DNA of 34,818 nt from Candidatus Krumholzibacteriia bacterium (lineage in GTDB: Bacteria > Krumholzibacteriota > Krumholzibacteriia > LZORAL124-64-63): the NCBI GenBank assembly GCA_046484865.1, contig JAWOID010000111.1:1-34818 (forward strand), written 5' to 3'. Position numbers and translations under genes: made by a program. The notes beneath the pieces were generated by a model. The model was not told the DNA's origin. It saw nothing but the letters and a program-made list of their open reading frames with translations, and ran no database searches. Of the stretch, positions 8,608 through 17,629 are shown in pieces (the first letter of the stretch is position 1; each line of letters opens with the position of its first letter).

Positions 8608-10946
8608 GCGCCCAGCGCCTGCAAGAGCGCTTGCGCCGCCGCTGGGAGCGCAGCGACGGGCCTGACCGGATCTTGCTCGTGCAGGAGGAACTGACCGCGC
8701 AGGCGGGCTCGCTGCCGCTCGTCGCGGTGGCCGCGACAATCTCGCCGCGCGAGCGGACCGCCCTCCTGCGTGAGCGCGGCGACCTCGGATCTCGCCCGGT
8801 CCCGCGACCTGCCCGGCTGTCGGAACTGCTGCAGGCGGTGCGCCGGGGCGAGCAAGGCCTGGCGGTTCTGGACGCCGGCGACGCGCGGCTGTCCGGCTGG
8901 CCGGGAGCCCGGGCCGTCGAGGGCGTGGCCGGGTGGCTGGTGGCCTCCGTGGGCGCGCCCGGCGAACCGGACCTGCTGGTCATCGCCGGGCACGCCGCCG
9001 CGGCGACGGAGTTGCCGGACCTGCAGCGTGCGCTGGCCGGGCTGGCGGGCGTGGCGGGGGCCGCGCTGCTGGGGCGGCAGAGCGCCGATCACCTGCGGCG
9101 AGAGCTGGCCTCGGTCCGCGGCGAGAACACCGCGCTGCTCACGCTCAACCGCACTCACGGGCATTTCCTGGCCATGGCCAGCCACGAGTTCCGCACCCCG
9201 CTGACCGCCATCACCGCCTACACGGACGCTCTGCTGGAGCGGCTGGACGACTCGCAGTTCGCCCACACCACCGAGTTCCTCCAGGTGATCCGCTCGGAGG
9301 CGGAGCGGCTGGCACGCATGACCGATCGCATGCTGGACTATTCCCGGCTCGGCTACGGGCGCCGGCTGCTGGATCTCCAGCGCGTGGCGGTGGCGCCGCT
9401 GGTGGAGGCTTCGGCACGCGCGCTGCAACACCGGGTCCGCCAGCGGCGGCAGACGCTGAGTCTCGATCTGCCGGTGGACCTGCCCGACATCGAGGCCGAT
9501 CCGGACCTGGTGCGGCAGGTGGTGGCCAACCTCCTGAGCAACGCCATCAAGTACACGCCGGAGCAGGGCAGCATCGCCGTGAGCGCCCGCGAAGACGCCG
9601 CGACGGTGCGCATCGAGGTGAGCGACGACGGACCCGGGATCGCGCCCGGAGAGCTGCGGAGCATCTTCCGGCAGTTCTACCGTACCCAGGACGCCGCCAC
9701 CCGCGCCGAGGGCAGCGGTCTCGGCCTGGCGATCGTCAAGCACATCGTCGCGCTGCACGACGGCCACGTCGACGTGCGGAGCGTGCTGGGTCGAGGCTCC
9801 ACGTTCGGCGTGCTGCTGCCCAAGGTTCCGGTCCACGGCCGCGGCGCCACCGTGCTCGGCGAGTCGCCCGCGGCGGACGGCGGCTTGCGCCAGGTCGTCC
9901 GCCTGGGACTGCGGATGGTGGCGGAGCTGCTGCAGTCGCGAGTGGCGGTGCTCGCGATGCTCGAGCCCGCGGGCGCTCATCTGGTGGTCCAGGGCGCGCT
10001 GGGCCTGCGCGAGGTCGGCGCCCGCGACCTTGTGCTGGCGCGCACCGGCCTGGTCGCGGAGGCGCTCGCGAACGGCGGCGTCCACGACCTGCGGGATCTG
10101 GCTTCCGTGCTGCCCGGGCAGGCGGGCGCGGCGACCACAACGGACGGGCGCGGCGGCATGATCACGCCGGTGGAACTGGGCGGGACCCGGTGCGGCGTGC
10201 TCGTGGTGAGTCGCACGCCCGGCGGGGGCGACGAGCGGACGCTGCTGCGCATCCTGGCCGGCACCCTGTCGTCCACGCTGACCACCGCCACGCGCCCGGA
10301 CGTGGGGCACCACGAGATGGCCGCGCTCGCCGACGCCCTGCACGCGCTGTTGCGACTGCGCCGCAGCGGCGTGCCCACGGCCACGCCGCTGGCGCTGCGC
10401 CTGCTCGGCCGGGCTGCGCGCCGCCTGGGTCTCGGCGCCGCCGAGGTGCTGCAGCTCCAGTACGTGGGCGCGTTGCACGACGCGGGGATGGTGCGCGTGG
10501 ACGGCGAGATCATCGGCAAGAGCGGCCGCCTGAGCCTGGACGACCGCGACGTGATCGACCGGCACCCGGAGGACGGCGCCGAGCTGCTCGCGCCGTTGCT
10601 GCCGTTCGCCCACATGCGCGAGCTGGTGCGGCTCCATCACGAACACATGGACGGCAGCGGCTACCCCGAAGGCCGGCGCGGACCCGATATCCCGCTGGGT
10701 GCGCGGATCCTGCTGGTGGTGGACGCCTTCTTCGCCATGATCGCGGAACGGCCGTGGCGGGAGGCCATGGCTCCCGCCGCCGTTGTTGCCGAGTTGCAGC
10801 GCCACGCCGGCACGCAGTTCGATCCGCAGGTGGTCGACGCGCTGGTCGAGACGCTGGCCGCCGAGGGCATCGTGGACCCCGGAGAGAGTCCGGGGGCGGG
10901 CCGGGCCGACCCCGAACGGGTGAGCGGTCCGGTGGGCGGACCCTGA
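8604..10946 (+). CDS. Histidine kinase with C-terminal GAF-like and HD-GYP domains
   Basis: ATGA overlap with the upstream stop. H-box SHEFRTPLT, N-box NAIKYT, DDGPGI and GSGLGLAI. Then HDAGM, HHEHMDGSGYP, IPLGARI and TQFDP. Confidence 0.9.
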   Translation: MSAQRLQERLRRRWERSDGPDRILLVQEELTAQAGSLPLVAVAATISPRERTALLRERGDLGSRPVPRPARLSELLQAVRRGEQGLAVLDAGDARLSGWPGARAVEGVAGWLVASVGAPGEPDLLVIAGHAAAATELPDLQRALAGLAGVAGAALLGRQSADHLRRELASVRGENTALLTLNRTHGHFLAMASHEFRTPLTAITAYTDALLERLDDSQFAHTTEFLQVIRSEAERLARMTDRMLDYSRLGYGRRLLDLQRVAVAPLVEASARALQHRVRQRRQTLSLDLPVDLPDIEADPDLVRQVVANLLSNAIKYTPEQGSIAVSAREDAATVRIEVSDDGPGIAPGELRSIFRQFYRTQDAATRAEGSGLGLAIVKHIVALHDGHVDVRSVLGRGSTFGVLLPKVPVHGRGATVLGESPAADGGLRQVVRLGLRMVAELLQSRVAVLAMLEPAGAHLVVQGALGLREVGARDLVLARTGLVAEALANGGVHDLRDLASVLPGQAGAATTTDGRGGMITPVELGGTRCGVLVVSRTPGGGDERTLLRILAGTLSSTLTTATRPDVGHHEMAALADALHALLRLRRSGVPTATPLALRLLGRAARRLGLGAAEVLQLQYVGALHDAGMVRVDGEIIGKSGRLSLDDRDVIDRHPEDGAELLAPLLPFAHMRELVRLHHEHMDGSGYPEGRRGPDIPLGARILLVVDAFFAMIAERPWREAMAPAAVVAELQRHAGTQFDPQVVDALVETLAAEGIVDPGESPGAGRADPERVSGPVGGP

Positions 10947-10969
10947 CGCGAGACACGGAGGAGAGATTC

Positions 10970-11356
10970 GTGCAGAACTTCCGCATCCTGATCGTGGACG
11001 ACGAGGAGCCCATCGCCAACCTGCTGGAGCTGTCCTTCCGGCAAGAGGGGATGGCGGTGGCTCGCGCCCGCGACGGGATCGATTGCATGAACAAGGTGGC
11101 CAGCTTCCAGCCCGACGTCATCATCATGGACATCATGATGCCGCGCCTGGACGGCGTGGACGCCACCCGGCTGATCCGCCGCAATCGCAGCCATGCCGGC
11201 ACCATCGTCGTCGCGCTCTCGGCCCGCTCCGACGACGAGACCCGCGAACACATGCGCCAGGCCGGCGCCAATCTGTTCATGCGCAAGCCGTTTGTCATCG
11301 CGCGCCTGGTGGAGCGCGTCCAGCAGCTGCTGGACGCCCGCGCGCAGGTGGGCTAG
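10970..11356 (+). CDS. Single-domain response regulator
   Basis: GGAGGAG before the GTG start. IVDDEE, MDIMMP, SAR and KPF. Confidence 0.92.
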   Translation: MQNFRILIVDDEEPIANLLELSFRQEGMAVARARDGIDCMNKVASFQPDVIIMDIMMPRLDGVDATRLIRRNRSHAGTIVVALSARSDDETREHMRQAGANLFMRKPFVIARLVERVQQLLDARAQVG

Positions 11357-11407
11357 CGCCGCCGCCCGTCCCGCTGGAGCGCCGGCGGGGAGGCGATCGC
11401 AGGAGCC

Positions 11408-14400
11408 ATGGAGAACCTGTCGGTCACCGCCATCGTCTCCGCCGACCAGCTCGCGCCGGCAGTCCTGGCGTGGGTCTCGGACGCGTTGACGTCGTTCCCG
11501 GCGGCCGTGCATCAGGCGCTGCTGGCGCTCGCCGGGCTGGCGCTCGCCCATTCCGCCCACCAGTTGTGGATCGTGCGGCGGCAGCCCGGCGACCGCCGGC
11601 TGCGCGCGGCAGGGCTGGCGCAGGCGAGCGGTGCGGCGCTGCGTCTGCTGGAACTCGCCGCCGGCGGCGGCGGCAGTCCGCTTCTGCTCGCGAGCCACTC
11701 ATTGCTGGAGGTCGGCGCCCTGGTCGTGGTGGCCGTGGATCTGCGCTCGCTCGAGCGCTCCGGCCATCTCGCCGGCCGGCCCGTCCGGGTCGCCTTCGGC
11801 TGCGCCGTGGCCGCGGTGTTCTGCGGTCTGGTGGGCGGCGACCCGCAGGCGTCGCTGCTGGGCCGCAACCTGCCCGCGGCGCTCGGACAGCTCGCGGCGA
11901 TCGTGCTCGGCGCGCTGCTGATCCCGCGCGCGCTGAGGAGCGCCCTGCGCACCGGTGCCGACGCCCTCGCCGAGCAGGTGCGCACGGTGGCCGGCGAGCG
12001 CGATTTGACGCGCTCGCAACTCGAGCGAGCGAACGTGCGCTGCGCCGAGCTGGAGCAGGAAGCGGAAGAAGGCCGCCGGGCAGCCGGCGAACTGCGTCGC
12101 CGCGCCCGCACCCTGGAGCAGATCCTCACGGTGGGCGCCCGCATCAACTCGGTGCGCAGCCTGGGCGAACTTCTGGAGCGCGTGGTCGCCGCCACCGAGG
12201 AGATTCTCGGCTTCGGCGAGGTCGTCTTCTACGTGTATTCCGATTCGGTGCAGGCCTTCCAGGCGCGGGCGTTCGCCGGAGTCGCGGGCGAGGACCAGGC
12301 GCGTCTGGCCAGCCGGCAGGTTTCGCTGGACGAGTACGCGCGGCTGACCGACCCCCGTCACCGCTACGCCAACTGCTACCTGCTGACCGACGGCAGCGCC
12401 GACGGCACCGCGGACGGAGCCATGGACGCCCGCGGTGTCGCCGACCTCGACGCCGGCCCGGCGCGGGACGGCGGCCACCACGGGCGGCCCTCCGGAAGCT
12501 GGTGCGATGGCGACGTCCTCGTCGTCCCGCTGGTCTCGGGCGACGGCGATACCAGGGGCTACCTGCGCGTCGGACGACCGGCCGACGGCCGGGTGCCGAG
12601 CCCGGTCGACATCCGGCAACTCGAGTTCCTGGTGCACCAGGCCAGCACCGCCCTGGAGTCGGTGGCGGTGTACGACCGTCTCGCCCGGGGCAACGCCGAG
12701 CTGGCCCAGGCGTCGGAGAAGCTCAAGAGTCTCTCGGACCTGAAGGCGAACTTCGTGGCGAACGTGAGCCACGAGCTCCGCACGCCGCTGACGTCGATCA
12801 GCGCCTACACCGAGCTTTTGCAGCGCGACGTCGAGACCATGACCGACGAGGTACGCCGCGAGTTCCTGCGGGTGATCAACCAGGAGAGCGAGAAGCTCAC
12901 CCGGGTCATCGACGACATCCTCGAGCTCAGCCGCATGCGCGAGGGGAAGGTGCGTCTGGAGATGGTGCGCACCGACCTCGGGACCCTCGTCCGGCGCACG
13001 GAAGATGCCTGGCGCCTGCATGCCGAGCAGGGCCGGATCGACTTCGTGACCGAGGTCCCCGACGCGAGCATCGCCCTGGAGAGCGATCCGCTCCTGCTGC
13101 AGCAGCTGCTCGACCACCTGCTGGGCAACGCGTTCAAGTTCACTCCCGAGGGCGGCCGCGTGCGTCTGTGCGTGGAAGAGTGCGGCACCGCCGTCCGGCT
13201 GGTGGTGGAGGATTCGGGCATCGGCATCCCGGCGGAGCAGCTCGACGCCATCTTCGAGCAGTTCTACCAGGTGGATTCCTCGGCCACGCGGCAGCACAAC
13301 GGTCAGGGCGTGGGCCTGGCGCTCTGCCACGACATCGTGGCCTATCACGACGGGCGGATCTGGGCGGAGAACCTGGAGCCGACCGGCGCGCGCTTCACGG
13401 TGCTGCTGCCTCGCCGGCCGGCCGTCGTGCAGCCGCCGGCGGCCTACCGTCCCGCGACCGCGCTGCACGACACGGAACAGTTCATGCAGCGGCTGATGCA
13501 CTGGATCAGCGAGAGTCTCGGCGTGCAGATGACCACCCTCATGCTGCCGGACGAGCAGCGCGAGCACCTGACCATCCGTGCCGCCATCGGGCTTCCCGAG
13601 GCCGTGGTGCAGAGCACGCGCCTGCGCCGCGGGGCAGGCTTCGCCGGCAAGGCGTGGGTGACCGGACGCAGCCTGCTGGTGGAGAACATCCGCACCGACG
13701 AACGATTCCAGCAGGAGCGGAGCGAGGCGCGCTACTCCACGCCGTCCGTCCTGTGCGTGCCGCTGGTGGACGATCTCGACGTCATCGGCGTGGTCACGGT
13801 GAACAACCGCGTCGACGGCCGTCCGCTGGGCGAGAACGATCGCCACCTGCTGGAGGCCATGGCGCCGCGGATCACCTACCTGCTGCGCCGCTTCCAGGAG
13901 CACGACGCCACCAGCCGCGAGTTCGCGTCCATCCAGGAAGCGCTGCGGGCCACCACCACGGTGGGTCATCCCCATCACGATCACGTGGCGGCGGTGTGCC
14001 ACGAGATATGCCTGGCGAGCGCGCGCCGCATCGGCCTGCCCGCTGAGGAACTGGAGCATCTGGCGTTCGCGCTGCAATTCTACGACGTGGGCATGAGCAT
14101 GGTGCCCGCGCACCTGTTCCATCGCCCGGAGCCGCTCTCGACCGGCGAGATGCGCGAGGTGGCCAGACACGTGCCGGCCAGCCTCGCCATCCTGGCTCCG
14201 CTGCAACCTCCCGCCAAGGTGCGCCAGATCATTCATCACCATCACGAGAATCACGACGGCAGCGGCTATCCCGACGGGCTGGCCGGCGAGGCCATCCCGC
14301 TGGGCGCGCGACTGCTGCGCCTGACCGACACGCTGTCAGCGCTGCTGCAGCGCCGGCCGTACCGCCCGCCGTTCGGCATCGAGGGGGCCGTGGCCGAGCT

Positions 14401-14566
14401 GATCGACGGCCGCGGGTCCCGGTTCTGCCCGCGCCTGACGGACGTGTTCCTGGCCGAGGTGGAGGCCCGTCGCGACCGTCTCGACCGGCTCACCCGGCAG
14501 GGCGGCGCATCGACGGACCTGGCGCGACCCGCGCCGCGCCTGGTGGAACGGCCGGTGCAGGTCTGA
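11408..14566 (+). CDS. Membrane sensor histidine kinase: TM-coiled coil-GAF-HisKA-HATPase-GAF-degenerate HD-GYP
   Basis: AGGAG RBS and hydrophobic N-terminus. SHELRTPLT, NAFKFT, DSGIGI and GQGVGL. GAF with SVLCVPL...IGVVTVNN. YDVGM, HHHENHDGSGYP and RPYR. Confidence 0.9.
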   Translation: MENLSVTAIVSADQLAPAVLAWVSDALTSFPAAVHQALLALAGLALAHSAHQLWIVRRQPGDRRLRAAGLAQASGAALRLLELAAGGGGSPLLLASHSLLEVGALVVVAVDLRSLERSGHLAGRPVRVAFGCAVAAVFCGLVGGDPQASLLGRNLPAALGQLAAIVLGALLIPRALRSALRTGADALAEQVRTVAGERDLTRSQLERANVRCAELEQEAEEGRRAAGELRRRARTLEQILTVGARINSVRSLGELLERVVAATEEILGFGEVVFYVYSDSVQAFQARAFAGVAGEDQARLASRQVSLDEYARLTDPRHRYANCYLLTDGSADGTADGAMDARGVADLDAGPARDGGHHGRPSGSWCDGDVLVVPLVSGDGDTRGYLRVGRPADGRVPSPVDIRQLEFLVHQASTALESVAVYDRLARGNAELAQASEKLKSLSDLKANFVANVSHELRTPLTSISAYTELLQRDVETMTDEVRREFLRVINQESEKLTRVIDDILELSRMREGKVRLEMVRTDLGTLVRRTEDAWRLHAEQGRIDFVTEVPDASIALESDPLLLQQLLDHLLGNAFKFTPEGGRVRLCVEECGTAVRLVVEDSGIGIPAEQLDAIFEQFYQVDSSATRQHNGQGVGLALCHDIVAYHDGRIWAENLEPTGARFTVLLPRRPAVVQPPAAYRPATALHDTEQFMQRLMHWISESLGVQMTTLMLPDEQREHLTIRAAIGLPEAVVQSTRLRRGAGFAGKAWVTGRSLLVENIRTDERFQQERSEARYSTPSVLCVPLVDDLDVIGVVTVNNRVDGRPLGENDRHLLEAMAPRITYLLRRFQEHDATSREFASIQEALRATTTVGHPHHDHVAAVCHEICLASARRIGLPAEELEHLAFALQFYDVGMSMVPAHLFHRPEPLSTGEMREVARHVPASLAILAPLQPPAKVRQIIHHHHENHDGSGYPDGLAGEAIPLGARLLRLTDTLSALLQRRPYRPPFGIEGAVAELIDGRGSRFCPRLTDVFLAEVEARRDRLDRLTRQGGASTDLARPAPRLVERPVQV

Positions 14567-14678
14567 GGCCCGGTCTGTCCGCAGGACTCCCCCACCGCCG
14601 CGATTCCCGGTCAAGCATCGCTCCACCCGGCCGATTCCGTGGGTGCCGGCGCCGGGTCCGGCCAACCTGGAGGAGCCC

Positions 14679-15059
14679 ATGCTGCGCAGGATCCTGGTGG
14701 TGGACGACGAGCACAACATCCGCAACATCCTCGACTTCAGTCTCGACGCGGAAGGGTTCGAGGTGCTGGCAGCGTCGAGCGGCGCTCAGGCGCTGGCCCT
14801 GGCCGAGAGCGAGCTGCCGGACCTGATCATCCTCGACGTGATGATGCCCGGCGATCTCGATGGCTTCGAGACCTGCCGGCGCCTGAAGCAGGACTCCCGG
14901 ACGGCGGACATCCCGGTGGTCCTCCTCACCGCGCGCACCGGTCGGGAGGACCGGGAGCGAGGCAAGGCCGCCGGCGCCGACGACTACGTGAACAAACCGT
15001 TCAGCCCCCAGCGCGTCGTCGACACCGTCCAGGCGCTGCTCACGGCGCGACGCCGCTAG
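14679..15059 (+). CDS. Single-domain response regulator
   Basis: GGAGGAG before the ATG. VVDDE, LDVMMP, TAR and KPF. Confidence 0.93.
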   Translation: MLRRILVVDDEHNIRNILDFSLDAEGFEVLAASSGAQALALAESELPDLIILDVMMPGDLDGFETCRRLKQDSRTADIPVVLLTARTGREDRERGKAAGADDYVNKPFSPQRVVDTVQALLTARRR

Positions 15060-15063
15060 CCGC

Positions 15064-15127
15064 GCCGGCGGCGATGCACCCGCCGGCCACGGCCGCTCGA
15101 CCGGCCGGCGGGCGCATCGCCGCCGGC
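15064..15127. terminator. 25-bp-stem hairpin immediately after the signalling cluster
   Basis: GCCGGCGGCGATGCACCCGCCGGCC (15064-15088) pairs with 15103-15127, one mismatch. No U tract. Confidence 0.5.
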
Positions 15128-15291
15128 CCCCCCGCATCGGCGCTTGCTCACGCCTGCCGCGGCGGCTACCATCGCCTCGCCGGGTCGCGGGTCGCCGCGG
15201 CCGCCCCCGTCCGGCGTGGTCGCCGGCCCGCCCGGCGCACCGCCGGCAGTCGCCGGCCCGTCCTCGCATCTCCTGCACCGAGGCCTGCTGC

Positions 15292-17466
15292 GTGAACCAG
15301 ACGATCGCGACGTCCTGGCTGGTGGACGTGGCCTTGCCGGTGCCGCTGGCCGAGCACTTCACCTATCGCTGGCCCCCGGCCGGCGCGCCGCTGGATGAGC
15401 CGGCCGTCGGGCCGGCCGACCCGCCGGAGGCCGACCCGCCGGAGGCCGGCGCGCCGGGAGCGACGGCACGGTCGCCGGAAACGGAGGGTGCCGACGGGCG
15501 ACTCGATGCAGGCGCCGCTCCCGGCGCCGGGACCGTCTCGCGCGCGCCCCGGGTGGGGGACCTGGTCGGCGTTCCCTTCGGACGCCGCCGCGAGGTGATC
15601 GGACTGGTGGTCGCCGTCCACCCCGATGCTCGCGAGCGCTCGGAGGTGGCGGGACGCGCGTTGCGCCGGGTGCGCCGGCTCCTGCCGCCGGAGTACGGGC
15701 TCGGACCCGGCCGGCTGGAACTGGCGCGCTGGCTGGCCGAGTACTATGCCCTGCCGCTGGGCGAGGTGGTGCCGCTGTTCCACCCGCCGGCGCCGGCGAC
15801 CCGTTTCCGGGCCGGCCGCCGGCAGGAGGCGGTGTATCCGGACGTGGACCCGGCCACCATCGTGCTGACCGACGAGCAGCAGGCTGCCGTGGCGCAGGTG
15901 GGCGCCCGCATCGAGTCCGGACAGTACGGTGTCACGTTGCTGCACGGCGTGACCGGCAGCGGGAAGACGGAGGTCTTCCTGGCCGCCATGGCGGCCGCGC
16001 TCGACCGCGGCCGCAGCGCCATCTACCTGCTGCCCGAGATCGCGCTCACGCCCCAGACGCTCGGGCGGATCCACGCACGCTTCGGAGACCGCGCAGCAGC
16101 TCTGCACAGTTCCCTCTCGGCGGGGGAACGCTGCCGGGTGCACGAGGCGGCGGCACGGGGGGAGGTGCGGGTGGTCGTCGGGCCGCGATCGGCGCTCTTC
16201 GCGCCGGTGCGCGACCTGGGCCTCGTGGTCGTCGACGAGGAACACGAGACCAGCTTCAAGCAGGAGGAGAAGCCGCGCTATCACGCGCGCCACGCCGCCC
16301 TGGTGCGCGCCCGCGCGGCGAACGCGCCGGTGGTGCTGGGCTCCGCGACTCCCGAGCTCGAGTCGTTCCACAATGCCCGCACCGGTCGCTACGACCTGCT
16401 GGTCCTGCGCCGGCGGATGGGGGCCGATCTGCCGCCGGTGGACCTGGTGGACATGCGCGGGGCCGTGCACGAGGACGGCTTCAGCGAGGAGCTGACGGCA
16501 GCGGTGGAGCATGCCCTGTCCGCGGATCGCCAGGTGCTGCTCTACTACAACCGCCGCGGCTTCGCGCGCGCCCTGCAGTGCGGTGCCTGCGGCGACGCTC
16601 CGACGTGCCCGCGCTGCGACATCGCCCTCACCTACCACCTGCGCCCGCGGCGATTGCTGTGCCACTACTGCGGTCACGCTCGCGCCGTTCCGGGCGCCTG
16701 CCCCGCCTGCGCCGCGGAGGACACGTTCCTGGCGTCCGGCGGCGGCACCGAGAAGCTGGAGCTGGCGCTGCAGGGGCTGTTTCCCGGCGTGAAGGTCCTG
16801 CGTCTGGACCAGGATACCACCCGGCGCCGCGGCAGCCACGGCCGCATCCTCGCCGAGTTCGCCGGCGGCGGGGCGGGCATCCTGGTCGGGACGCAGATGG
16901 TGGCCAAGGGGCACCACTTCCCCGGCGTGGAACTGGTGGGCGTGCTCGCAGCCGACGACGGTCTCACCCTGCCGGACTACCGGGCCGCCGAGCGTTCCTT
17001 CCAGCTGCTCACCCAGGTGGCGGGCCGCGCGGGCCGGACGGCGCCCGGCCGCGTGCTGTTCCAGACCTACCGCCCCGACGATCCGGTGATCCTGGCCGCC
17101 GCCGCCCACGACTTCGACACGTTCGCCGCCGTGGAGATGGCTGCGCGCCGGCAACTCCTCTATCCGCCCTTCACCCGCCTGGTGCGCCTGGCGGTGAGTG
17201 CTCGCCGGCAGGGCGACGCCGAGGCTGCCGCGGCGGAACTGGCCGGAGCCGTGCGGCGCCCGCTGGAAGAGGCCGGTGCCCACGTGCTCGGACCTGCGCC
17301 GGCGGTGTTCGCGCGGCTTCAGGACCGCCACCGCTTCCAGGTGCTCGTGAAGGGCCGGCTGACGATCCGACAGAAGGCGTGGCTCGCGGCCACGGCGAGA
17401 CACCTCGAGGCCGTGCGCCGCGGTGTGCGGGCCTTCGTCGACGTCGATCCCCTGACGATCTACTGA
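15292..17466 (+). CDS. priA: Primosomal protein N' (replication restart helicase)
   Basis: LHGVTGSGKTEV, LLPEIALTPQ, DEEH, GSATP, four CxxC pairs, GTQMVAKG and QVAGRAGR. The start codon is uncertain. Confidence 0.96.
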   Translation: MNQTIATSWLVDVALPVPLAEHFTYRWPPAGAPLDEPAVGPADPPEADPPEAGAPGATARSPETEGADGRLDAGAAPGAGTVSRAPRVGDLVGVPFGRRREVIGLVVAVHPDARERSEVAGRALRRVRRLLPPEYGLGPGRLELARWLAEYYALPLGEVVPLFHPPAPATRFRAGRRQEAVYPDVDPATIVLTDEQQAAVAQVGARIESGQYGVTLLHGVTGSGKTEVFLAAMAAALDRGRSAIYLLPEIALTPQTLGRIHARFGDRAAALHSSLSAGERCRVHEAAARGEVRVVVGPRSALFAPVRDLGLVVVDEEHETSFKQEEKPRYHARHAALVRARAANAPVVLGSATPELESFHNARTGRYDLLVLRRRMGADLPPVDLVDMRGAVHEDGFSEELTAAVEHALSADRQVLLYYNRRGFARALQCGACGDAPTCPRCDIALTYHLRPRRLLCHYCGHARAVPGACPACAAEDTFLASGGGTEKLELALQGLFPGVKVLRLDQDTTRRRGSHGRILAEFAGGGAGILVGTQMVAKGHHFPGVELVGVLAADDGLTLPDYRAAERSFQLLTQVAGRAGRTAPGRVLFQTYRPDDPVILAAAAHDFDTFAAVEMAARRQLLYPPFTRLVRLAVSARRQGDAEAAAAELAGAVRRPLEEAGAHVLGPAPAVFARLQDRHRFQVLVKGRLTIRQKAWLAATARHLEAVRRGVRAFVDVDPLTIY
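15414..15448 (+). repeat. 15-bp tandem repeat inside the priA N-terminal insertion
   Basis: GGCCGACCCGCCGGA x2.3, encoding ADPPE ADPPE A. Confidence 0.85.
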
Positions 17467-17629
17467 GGGCAGGGCGAGCCGTGGGTCCGTTCGGGCCGGC
17501 ACGATCCTTGTACCTTTTCTCGCGCGGCTTGAGGATCTATTATACAAGGGGCAGATTGCGAGTCCGCGCCTCCATTCGCGGGCCATATGCAGGTCACGCG
17601 CCGATCGCGTCTATCCAGGGAGATCGAGG

